Source of the DNA: Camelus dromedarius
Taxonomy: Eukaryota
Length of the DNA stretch: 64,000 nt
Assembly (NCBI RefSeq): GCF_036321535.1
Contig: NC_087437.1
Span: 103,542,001 to 103,606,000, forward strand
Direction of reading: 5' to 3'
In this document: in pieces, positions 14,375 to 25,184 of the stretch
How positions within the stretch are numbered: the stretch's first letter is position 1
Layout: the number at the start of each line of letters is the position of its first letter
The notes under the pieces: model-generated
What the model saw: the letters and a program-made list of their open reading frames with translations, nothing else
What the model was told of the DNA's origin: nothing
Database searches by the model: none
Made by a program: the position numbers and the translations under genes

Positions 14375-14485
14375 GTGTAGCCCTTTGATAAGGGCACAAA
14401 CTCCCTCATGACCTAATTACCTTCCAACGTTCCTACCTCCAAATACCATCCCCCTGGGGATCAGGATTTCAACATATGAATTCTA
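14375..14485 (-). mobile_element. MaLR LTR fragment (MLT1A/MST-like)
   Basis: ataagggcac...ccctcatgacctaattaccttcc...cctccaaataccatc...gatttcaacatatgaatt. Confidence 0.75.
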
Positions 14486-15074
14486 TAGCAGAGAGGAAAG
14501 ATGAGTGGAGAGACAACTGCTGCTTTGCCTAATTAGTGCTCCTGCAATTATCTCTAGGGTGAGGGTGAATATGTGAGCTCTTTTCTATGCCTTCAGTGCA
14601 AGGGATTGTGAAAATAGAGTTCCCGTCAAGAAGGGGATGCTGGCAAATTATTCCCCTGCTTGGTGTCTGTCTCCTCTTCAATGTCGGGTTGGCTTGCCCC
14701 ACATATCTATTGGTCCAAGGTTGCTGAGGTTGTAGGAGAACTAGTACTGCACGATTTAGATGTACAACTCTTAACCCTGATCTTCAGTTCCTCTATTTTC
14801 TGCATGCATAATTGGTGAGTGTTAGTTTCATGAAGTAGCATGTGGGTTCTAGAAACTCTTAAAAGTAATGGAGGAATGTGCCTGGCAGTTCTGCTTAAGT
14901 GAAGTCAAGAGTCAATATATGTTGCCCTATTTTTTTTTTTTTGACCTGTGCATCCTCCCTCTTATTAAAATTACCTCTTTAATTATATTCTATTGCTTTT
15001 AAATGGTCTAAGGCATGCTAAGACCTGTTCCTCCAAACTCAGATGACAAAATTATTAAATTTCCAGGAAATTTG

Positions 15075-15396
15075 CAAACAGGTTCTTAAACACAGTTACT
15101 GTTAAAAATTAAACAATGTAAATGTACAAATAAATAAATGCTCAAAACTCATCACTTCCTAATTATTTGATCACATTTTATGCGTATTTAACCCTTCCGA
15201 TTTTTAAAAATAGATCATATGGTGAAAATACTACAGAAAAGAGTGCTATTGAATGTCTCTTCCCAACTCCACTTTCAACGACATCACATTGGTAGGTTGA
15301 CACTGGCTAGAGTGGTAGTATTTACACCATGAAATTGGCAACCGTACAAATTAGAGTTTACCAGTCCCCTCCACAGAGTAATTACCAGCACGTTGC
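15075..15396. mobile_element. MER63-like hAT-Blackjack DNA transposon
   Basis: aaaactcatcacttcctaattattt, tctcttcccaactc, gtatttacaccatgaaattggcaa and terminal ttaccagcac match recalled MER63B. Confidence 0.75.
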
Positions 15397-15692
15397 TCTC
15401 AGAAAGTATTCCTGTTCATTATAGACAACCAAGATATGTAAACCCCATGTATTGTACTAGTCATTAACAAGGAGTTAATACAGTCAGCTATCAGTTAAAA
15501 TAGGTAATGTCAACAAAACCATATAAAGTTATTAACTATATGAAATTATTAACTACACAAAACTGATACCTCCTTTTTAATATACTTTCCATATATACTG
15601 TTTTTGCTAGTGACTGTACATAGCAGGTCAAATTTTTCACTTACTTATTGGATGTATTTTGCAACTAGTTTTGTTTTGTTTTTTTTCCCCAG

Positions 15693-15768
15693 GAATCGTT
15701 AAGAACAACGTTGCATAAAATTAAATTTCCATGGAAGGATTATTGATCTTGTTCACTCTTATGCCAAG
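15693..15768 (+). other. Candidate 76-nt spliced exon (non-coding, or UTR plus start codon)
   Basis: Acceptor ttttgttttgttttttttccccAG ends at 15692; donor AAG|GTAAGC starts at 15769. All three read-through frames contain stops. An internal ATG at 15731 stays open to the donor. Confidence 0.3.
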
Positions 15769-18224
15769 GTAAGCAGCTGGTTATGACATGAATTTTGAAA
15801 ATGGTCAAGGTAAAATTATCCCAAACATCCTGTATGGTTCGTAATTTTAGGTTTTTACTTAATCAATCATTCATATGCTCTATTAGGTCCACATTTTCTT
15901 TTTGAGAAAAAAGAATCCTCACTTTGTCTGAAGGTGTATCTTCAGTCAAACAGCCCCAGCGCTCCTCCTAGGCCCCAGTTCTGAGTGGGCTTCTGAAAAG
16001 CTATTTCCTATTCAGTTTCTTAAGAAGCATAAAAATAAGTCCAGGTAGGATGTTAATCAAGAATCTTTTGCAATAAGGGAGTCTGTCCCTATCTAACAGG
16101 TACTGTAAGAATTTTCTTCACACAAAAGCAATTTACTAAAACAATATTATCATCTGCTCTCTCAAAATAGCTTTGCAATAATTTTTATGTGATCAAAAAT
16201 TATATTAAATTCAAATGAAATCCATGCCTGACTTTGAGCACATGACAGTGCTCAACGCACTCCTCATTGTCACCGTACACTGTGGGAATAGTGTTTTGAG
16301 ATTTTTGCAATAGGTTCATTATTGGCTTTTCTTAAAATACTCTGTATTCTTCTCTTTTTACTGAAACCAGTGAAATGATCACGTCTCCATTTCACTTAAG
16401 CTTTCAGGAAGCTAAAAGTCAAAGAGGATTTATTTGACTGATTCTCTAATCTTATACATGTGTTTTTCTCGTATCTTTAACATTCTGTACTTAAATTTTC
16501 CCTTGTACTAGTGGTGTATTTCTACTCATAAGTTTCCTTTTTTTTTTTTTTTTGGTCTCTGTTCTTGTCCGTAGCATGCTCACAATCTTTGTGGAATGAG
16601 ACAGTCTATACATAGGTGGAGTATTAGATAACATTACACACAATTTGATTTTTATGTTGCTGTATTTGACATTAATGCAAGGTGAAATTAATCAAAAAAT
16701 CTGATTGACTATAAGAGAAACGTAATAAACACTCGGGCACTTCTTTTAGTTTACCATGTTAAGCCTCTGTATCTTACTGGCTAAGGAAATCACACAGATA
16801 GATAAAGCAAAAGTAGTAATGCAACTAATGACAACTTTTATTTTTCATTTTGGCAAATGACATTTGAAGAAACAAGTGAGTAGATGTACAGAAAATAACT
16901 ACTATATTGAGATGTATTAAAAGAAAACCATGTGCAAATACAACTTTGTATTCTTGACTTGCATTATCTAACAAATAAACTTATGGAGGGGAAATGCATT
17001 GACCTTGACAATTGTAAGGACGCATTTTGAACTCATATTACAGTCTTTAAGAAGTGAATGATCCCCCGCCTTTTTTTTTCAGTCATTAAAATGTCCCTTG
17101 GGAATATTCACTTCTGTGATCTTCCAACTGCACAGTTAATGCCATTGAGGCTCTTTTGTTTAGCAGAAGCAAGACTTTCTTTATGGCCTTAACTACCCTA
17201 TTTTAGAATAAAGTAGTTGTACTGTGATATATTGGGGCAGTTTGTCATTTCTATATGAAAATATTCCTTTCATATTGTAACACCTTCATCAGGATAACAG
17301 TTTCAGCCACAGTAGGAAAATGAGCAGCAGCAATTAAAGTTGCTGGGGTGAAGAGAGAACTCAATGTGTGGTGTATTAATACTGCATCAGTGCAACACCA
17401 AGTAGTGTAACCAATGCATTTGACAATGTAATTTCTTTTCAAAAGACAGTTTAAAAAGATTAATGATTCACCAGCATTCATCTTATAGTCAAGAGGAAAG
17501 GATTTGATTTATCATTGCCTGTTTTCTTTATTGTGATATTTCGGTGTGTTTCTCTTGATAAAAATGTCACATTAAAACCCTTTCTACTTTGAATAGCTCA
17601 TCATCTAAATTCTATTATTTTTTTAGACGACTAGTGATACAGAATAGCTGCTACTTTGCTTAGTGTTGTCGTTTTTATAAAGTGAAATTTTCCTTTAGAG
17701 GAACACTATTTATAAATCCACTCAGTGCTCCTGAAAGTCTGTATTTAATGTTGGTAAAAGTTACCCTGATGGTGCCATGTTTACAAAGGAGGTTTCTAAC
17801 TGAAGTGACATTTTCCTCAACAAAGATTCAATAATTTACATTGTGTTGCTTAATGGCTTGATTTATTTTACCACTTACATAGTAAAAGCTTTGATTTAGA
17901 AAGTGCCTCTTTGCTATATTGTGGTATAGAGGATAGGGAATTTATTACGGCTCTCTCGATTTATACAATACACAATGTTTAATTTTAAACAAGCTTCTGT
18001 TATTGTCTTGTAACCACGATTACACTTTGACAGTTCAATGAGGCACTAGGAAGTCGTAACTTATTTATTAACCCAGAACAAAAGAACAGCTTTAGCCCAG
18101 TAATACATTTTTCAATAACTTCTTTACACATATTTTTATTAAATTAATTAATATTAAATTGTCTTCATACTGATCTGAACAAAGTAATTAGATATTAGGA
18201 ATACAAAGTAAAATGCATTTTTTT

Positions 18225-19380
18225 TTTCATTCAATCATTTCACAGATATTACTTAAGAGACTCTTGTCTGTCAGACACTGTTCTGAACATTGGAGAAACA
18301 CTAGATGTTCAAAATAAGAGTGCTTTTATACCTAGCTCATATTTTTGTGGGTTGCATAAACAACCAAAGTAAAAGGTACATGATATGTCAAGCTGTGAAA
18401 AGTGCCCCAAATAAAAATGTTACCCCCAAAAGGTGAAGACCTCAATTCTTGTCTTGCCCAAAAAAGAAGAATTCAGACAGGAGACAAAAGCATTGTGTAA
18501 CAAAATATTTTAGATTTTATTAGCAAAGGGAAAGTACGCCTCCAAGGATGGAAGGTGGGCTGATCCAAGGAAGAAGAGCAGCTCCAGTGTTTGTCCCTTT
18601 TCTGATACCCTGGCTAAGATGTGGTCTCTTGACTGATTGATGGCTCTTGCCCCTGGAGTGCTTAGTCATGCCCGCCCCCTTTTGCACATGTCCTTACCCA
18701 TGATGCACATAGAAAAACTCATAGGGGGACCTACACCGCAATGCTAGTTATATTACAGTGAGCACTCGGTCGTGTCCGGTTAGGTCCTTGTTGCTACCGC
18801 ACAGTGTGGCTGTCTAGCCCCAACCAGTTTCTTGCTAGTGCTCAAAAGCCCCTTATGCTGAAGATGGGCATACTGTCATCTTCTGGGCCACCCTCCTTCT
18901 CTTCTACCTCATCTGTCTGGTGTCCCCACTGATCTAACTGCCTGACAAAAATAAACAAGATAAGCAGCTAGAGAGTGACGATTCTAAAGGGTCAGGAAGA
19001 AGGAATTCTAGATTAGACAGGATAGTCAGAAGATCCCTCTTGAAGTGAAACTTAAGCAGAAAACTGAAAAATATAGGGACATAAAGCACAGATATCAGAC
19101 AGAGAAGTGTTCTATGTAGAGAATTAGTTAAATACAAAGACCCTGAGCAGGTGCGGGCTTTGTAGGGAGCCAGGGTCACAGGAGCACAGTGAGAAAGTGA
19201 TGGGTTTTCAGGAGAAGAGTTGAAAGATGTTGTTGAATTAAGAGAGAACAAGATCGTCAAGGCTTTTGAAGCCAGGTAAAGACTTTAGATTTCAAACCAA
19301 GTGAGACATAAAGCTGTTAAAGATATCTAGCATAGTTCTGATGATCTTCTGATTTTCCCCTAAAAATGCACTATTTGGGC
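18225..19380 (-). mobile_element. L2 remnant hosting a younger solo LTR
   Basis: Begins with the antisense L2 tail ttcattcaatcattt...cagacactgttctg. L2-like sequence resumes after 18947 (gatagtcagaagatccctctt...gtaaagactttagattt). Confidence 0.65.
18418..18947 (-). mobile_element. 530-bp solo LTR, probably ERV1 class and lineage-restricted
   Basis: TGT...ACA termini with AAAA on both flanks. A minus-strand AATAAA lies ~100 bp from the left end, and a GC box (cccgcccc) is at 18671. More CpG-rich than the L2 it interrupts. Confidence 0.75.
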
Positions 19381-19439
19381 AAGATATTTCAGATGAAATG
19401 TATAGTAAACATAATTCAGTGTATATGCTATGTGTCTCA

Positions 19440-20300
19440 GCTCATAAAAATGTTAATGTGGTATTTAAAAAGCTATCAAAAACATTGAAAAACCTTGACA
19501 AATGCTATTGAGAACTTTTTAAATGAGGTAAAGTCAGTTGAACATAAAAGGCATATCCAACACACTAAAATGCATAAAAATGATGAAGAATGAATAAATT
19601 CACTTTGGAAACAGTGAAAATTAGATTTAATTTTATGCCAATAATATAATCACATTTTTTAAAAACTAAAAAGATGTCCTATGAACTTAAAGGAAGAAAA
19701 TGAAAAAATAAGAAAAATAGATGAAAAAAGTAATATAAATCTGCAAGAAGAAGAAAATGAATCTAGGAGACCTATCTTATGGAAAATTTAAATTCCAGAC
19801 ATATCAGAACAGAGATTCTCTTTGTAACAGAAAATGCTCCTACTACAAAATAATAAACTTAATAGTAGACATGAAAGAAGAAAACAGTAAAGTCATAATT
19901 TTTAAATGTTAAAAATACTCAGATGTTCAGACAAAAAATTCAAGTATGAAAAAGGAAGAAAATGCGACTGACCTAAGATTTTTCTTTCTGATATAAATGT
20001 TAGGAGGCAATGGGACCTCTACAGAAATCTGAGGGGAAAAATCACACATTGTCAACCAAAATATGCTGCAACCAGTCAAATGTCTTGCCTTGAATGAAAG
20101 CAACATACTTTCATGGATCCAGAAGGTCTCAGAAATATAGCAAAGAAAACTCTTCCAGTATAAACTATTTGAAGTTCTGGGCTAAAATAGTGAAATACAT
20201 AACAGATTAAAGATATATTAGAAGAAAATTCTGCTTTTGAGCTTTCAAATTAATAAGTATATAGCTACATATCTAAAGGTATTTAGAGAATCAATTTAAT
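19440..20300 (+). mobile_element. Ancient L1M ORF1-region remnant
   Basis: Very A-rich plus strand with L1 ORF1-like motifs (gaatctaggagacctatc, aaatgttaggaggcaatgg). No ORF remains. Confidence 0.4.
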
Positions 20301-20773
20301 CTTTTTACTTTGAAAAATTTTGAACAAATTGTTTTAAGTGAAAGGTTTGAGGAGCCTTAAATGACATACAAATTTTGGGTCAGGTTTCTCACATATGAGC
20401 AAACACAGCTCCCCGAACTTCACTCATCACGGCCCTATTACGTAGAATTACACTGTCATATTTGACCACATCCTCCCCTGGAATATAAGCACACTCTATC
20501 TTGTCAATGTTTATCCTCATTTATCACTGTGTGTAGCATGAAGTAAGCCATCAATACATGATTGTTGAAATAATTTTTGAACAAATGAATTATAGCCTAG
20601 CAAGAATGGAGCCACCTGGTATTCTATTTTAAAACTAAAAAGGTGTAAATACTGACTGCTTATGGTCCTAGAAAGACCGGTGAAGAAAGAGGACACTGAA
20701 GTGGGATGCTTTTTAATTGAGGTTATGTATATTTCTGAAAAAAACATGAATAATTCAAAATAAATAATGGCGA

Positions 20774-21272
20774 TGTGGTAGGCAGACTAACAATCTCCCA
20801 CAGATGTCCACAGCCTCATTTCCCAAATCTGTGAATGTGTTACCTTACGTGGCAAAAAGAACTTTACATGTGATTAAGTTAAGAATCTTAAAATTGGGAG
20901 ATTATCCTAGATTACCCATGCAGATTCTGTTTAATCACAAGGGTCCTTATAAGTGAAAGGGAGAGGCAAGGGGGGCAGAGTCAGAGGGAGACTTAAGGGT
21001 ACTACCTTGCTTGATTTGAAGATGGAAGTTTAAAAGATGAAGAGGCATGAGCCAAGGGATGCAGATAGCCTCTGAAAGGTGGAAAACGCTCGCCAACAGA
21101 TTTCTCTCTAGCACTGCTGGAAGGACCCGGCCAGGACCCAACACCTTGATTTTAGCTCCATCAGACACATATAAAACTTCCAACCTCCAGAACTGTAAGA
21201 TAATCAATTTCGACTGTTTTAAGTCTCCAAGTTCGTGGTAAATTTTTACAGCAGCAATAGGAAACTAATGCA
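20774..21272 (+). mobile_element. MLT1D-like MaLR solo LTR, near full length
   Basis: tgtggtaggcaga start; atctgtgaatgtgttaccttacgtggcaaaa, gggagattatcctagattaccc and cctccagaactgtaagataat internally; cagcagcaataggaaactaatgca end. Confidence 0.9.
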
Positions 21273-21755
21273 GTTAGCAAAGTAATGTGTCTGTCTTTGG
21301 AGGACAGTGAAACCACAGGGTTGCTTCTTAGGAAAAGAAAAATACTGTATAGTTATTTATTGGTTTTATTTTAACCAACTCAACTCAATTTATTTTCCTA
21401 GTTTTCTTGATAAATAACCTCAAAAGCCCCTAAGTGAAGCCCTCTAACTTGTAATGGATCTGGGCTGGTCAGGAAGAAGAAGGTTTCTAACTCGTGTCAC
21501 CTTATATTTATTATTAAATCCCTTTTCGTTTATTCCCGATTCAGTACTTACCTGACGTGTTTACTTATTTATTAAAGATCATCTTATTTCCCACACATGT
21601 GACTGTATTTTTATCTTTCTCTCACTTTTCTATTAGAAATGTACCACTGCGGCCATTTCAGAATTCAAGTTCAATGTGCGTCCAATGTTGATCCTGATCA
21701 CAAGTAATGCATAATATTGGTTAGTAAAACCACACATCAAAATAAGAAGAAATCT

Positions 21756-21870
21756 GGGGATGGGGGTATAGCTCAGTGGTAGAGCATGTGCTTGTGTGTC
21801 CGAGGTCTTGGGTTCAATTCCCAGGGCCTCTGTTAAGGGAAAAGATTAAAAATTAATGAAAAAATTAAAA
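21756..21870 (+). mobile_element. tRNA-derived SINE (camelid Vic-1-like)
   Basis: A box tagctcagtgg, B box ggttcaattcc, A-rich tail. Near-TSD aagaagaaa(t/c)c at 21744 and 21871. Confidence 0.85.
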
Positions 21871-22849
21871 AAGAAGAAACCAATGAGCAGGAATTCTTTT
21901 GTGCAATATCTATAAATAGTATTAACTTGACTTAATAGCATTCTGGGAATCAAAAATTATTTGAATGGGTTCAAATAAATTTGGTAATTTATCTTAATTA
22001 GGTTTAGCTCATTTCAGTAGATGAAATTTAGAAAAGGAAAGGGATCATTGATGGTAATAGTTGGGTCAGCTAATACACCTGGCATTCCAGTCATCAATGA
22101 CCAGACACTGGTGATACAGTACTCAGCCTTTCTGTGATGATGGGGATGAAGGTGATGATGGCTGGCTGGGAGAAGATGGATGCAGGAGCTTCCAGAGCTG
22201 CCTCTTACTTGGTCCTCACAGTCTCCCAAACTGCCTTAACCTGTAAATCATTTTTTTTTTTTCTTGATGGGAAAAAACTCTTAAATTCCATTTATATTTA
22301 TTTATTTCAAGTTTCTGCTCTGTCACCCATCTGGTATTTTCTCCTTATTTTTGGATTTTTGTAAAACAGAACTAAACATGAAACTGCCTCATCCAAGCAG
22401 ATTTCCTTCACTTTTCTTCTTGTTACAACACATATGGATTAACAGACAAGTAATATTTCTCCCAATGCATGAGCCATAATGGCATTTTTATTTCATTTTT
22501 GAGAGATTGCCTTACAATAATGCAAAATACTTAATATCAGAAAAATCAGAGAAATAAGAATGTAAAGTTACATACAATGCGCTTTTACTCTTTTAGAGTC
22601 GTTTTTTAATTCAGATATCTTTCTTTGATCCTTATTGCACTTCATTCAAATTCAGATTCTTCAGCTTGCTGTTCATGCCTCTTCTTCCTCTACCTCCTAT
22701 CTTGTCCATTTTAATTTTTGCTGCCCTAAGAGCCGACTACATACACTGATTTTACTTCTACATCTACAGATTTTCTTAGGCTAAGTTCATCACTTCAAAG
22801 GGCCTCCTTTATGTAATGGTGTGCGTTGACAATGATTTATCCATTTAAT

Positions 22850-23420
22850 ATCTAAGAAGTTTCTATTGATTAAAACTTTAACACCCGAAAATATAGCATA
22901 TGATAGAAACTGAAAAATAAGTCAGACTGATATAGTCAGTGTCCTTAAGAAACTTATAATCATTTTGTAGAAATACACATGCAAAGACTTAATTACAGTT
23001 GTAATAAACACAATTAGATTTTACAGTAAAGGGACTTAACATGTTTCGGAGAGTTAGGGAGACTTCTCTAAGGAGGTGATTTATCACTTGAGATAGAAAA
23101 TGTAAGTAGGAATTAAGTCCATAAAAGACATGAGGTGGTGAGAACCATATCAAAAAGAAAGTACAGTTGGGTAGTGTATTGTGGTTGGAAAGAGTTCAGT
23201 ATATTTAAGAAATACTGAAAGAGAATGTGGTGGCTTTATCATTGACAGCTTTCAGAGAGTAGCTCGCTAGAGCAGAAGAGCTGGTCAGAGGAACCTACAA
23301 AACTCTATCCCCAGATCAACTGCATGTCATGAGGTAGTTTTTCATCAGGGATGTGACCTGATCAAAATTCTGTTTTGCTGAGATATTTGACTTCTGTGGA
23401 CTCTGAGGGCTGAGAAGCAT
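22850..23420 (-). mobile_element. L2 remnant
   Basis: gttagggagacttctctaaggaggtgattt...ttgaga...aagtaggaatt and cagggatgtgacctgatcaaa motifs. Confidence 0.55.
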
Positions 23421-23454
23421 GGAAGTGAACTCATTTCTACTACTGAATAGCCCC

Positions 23455-24210
23455 TCGTAGCATTCAGTCAGGAATTAGAAGCCCTTCTAGGTGTTCCAGA
23501 CATAAAAGACTTGAATGGAGAAAAATGATAGTTTTACTCCATTATTGTTGGGAAAAAGACCAGCACAGACATCACACATGTTCTCTGTCAGCAGTTCCAG
23601 AGGAGTTTGTTCTGGTGGTTCTCAGAAATGATTGCAAAGCCTAAGAAAACTTCAGGGCTCTAATGATCTCAGTCTGAAGCACCAACATGAATTCTCTCAA
23701 GAAGCCTGACAGGAAGCTGTGGTAAATCTAACAGTTGCCTCCAGAGAACGATGGTCTCTCTATGTTGACTTCCAAACCTTGTCTGAGGACGTCCCATGGA
23801 CCTCCCACATGAGGAAAACTGTATGAGGAAAGGACTTTGGAAAATGAAGTTCTGGCTTTGCCTATGACAATCATGATATCTTAGAGGAGGGGTGGAGGCG
23901 ATACTGAATTGACAACAGACAAAAAAGGAAAATTCACTCCTTTGTCAATTGAGGGTCCATATACACCACCTTTGCCGATTTAAAAAGTTTAGGAAACAAC
24001 AGTAATAACAGTATTCTTCAACCTAACGTAAGGCAACTATTTCCAGTCTATGATATGGGGTGTGGTTCCCTGAGTACGATAAAGATCATTCTCTCCTCAA
24101 AACAAGAAAGCGTAGAGTTCTACACACCACAGTATCCATTTTGGAGTGATGCTCACTTATTTTCTAGTGACGTCCCAAGCCTTTTTGATAGGCTGTAACA
24201 TAAAGACACA
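23455..24210 (-). mobile_element. Ancient LTR plus adjacent internal fragment (family uncertain)
   Basis: cattcagtcaggaattagaagcccttctaggt start, and an LTR/internal-junction-like ttcactcctttgtcaatt. Weak recall only. Confidence 0.35.
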
Positions 24211-24219
24211 ATTATATGG

Positions 24220-24712
24220 TATCTTAGTTTGAAATCTCTCTAAAAGCAGAGATTAAGACAAAGATTCAGGTGTAAGTAATATGTTTGGGAGATGACATAA
24301 GGAAATAGGTAGGAGGTTACTAAGAGAGTAAGACAGAAAAGGAGAGAGCCAGATCCCACTGTGGGGAATGTGACTCAAATCTTGTGTAGAATATGCCACA
24401 GACTTGGGGTTAAAAAAATGGGACATTTTTCCACTGATTCACTTCCTCCATTGAGAATAAGTTGCCGTATTATTATTATTCTTTTCTATGTTATTATTAT
24501 TATTATTGTTACTGTTATTATTTACTATTATTATTCCTTAGCTGTCCTGTTTGTGGACTGAGTGACTTCAGAAAAAAGTCTTTGAGGTACAGCAGTGAAA
24601 GTGCCACCTGAGGTGAGATGTTCTAGCATGCACGAGAACTCTCTAACACAGCAAGTGATTAAAGACATGGCCAGTGGGCCGTGTTATCAGGGCATTCAGA
24701 GATTCTGCTGTA
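24220..24712 (-). mobile_element. LTR16-like ERVL 3' LTR
   Basis: tcttagtttg...aaaagcagagattaagacaaagattcaggtgtaagtaatatgtttgggagatga matches antisense LTR16. Followed by a PPT-side junction (cttcaccacccagaccac). Confidence 0.7.
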
Positions 24713-24779
24713 CTTCACCACCCAGACCACTTACAGCCATCCATACCTCACACTGAATCACTTCCATCATCAATCTCTT

Positions 24780-25180
24780 CTTCTAGTCAGGAGGGAATGA
24801 CAAACACCATATTCACCAGTCCACTTGAAACAACTAAAAAAAAGTGGACAAAATATGAAATAACGTTCAAGGTATTTTAACAGTGACCCATGAGAGACTG
24901 AAGAGGTGAGATTTTCCGATCGTCACAACTTATTAGCTGGAGAAAATTTCTGGGTCATAGCACAAGAAGGGGGAACCCATGTAGAATCTTGATCACTCCT
25001 TGAATTTATTCCATAGAGTTGCCAGCCTGGAGAAGCCAGGGCAGCTAGCATTCACAGGTGAGAGTACTAGAGAAAAGAGAATTCCACAGAGGGAGGACCC
25101 CAGAGACCTGGAGAGTCTTACTCAAGCATGATCGGTTGAGTGCTATATACGAGGAAATTCCTGGAGGCCAGGGAATTAAG
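24780..25180 (+). mobile_element. L1M 5'-region fragment within the ERVL
   Basis: ccacttgaaacaactaaaaaaaagtggacaaaatatgaaataacg resembles the 5' ends of old L1MC/MD elements. Confidence 0.5.
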
Positions 25181-25184
25181 TAGG

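Noticed and set aside
16950..17620. TE-poor stretch as a conserved non-coding element
   Set aside because: Absence of recognisable repeats is not evidence by itself, and conservation cannot be assessed without alignments.
21756..21835. tRNA gene
   Set aside because: It has A/B boxes but also an A-rich tail and TSD, and a related copy lies at 34254. It is a tRNA-derived SINE.
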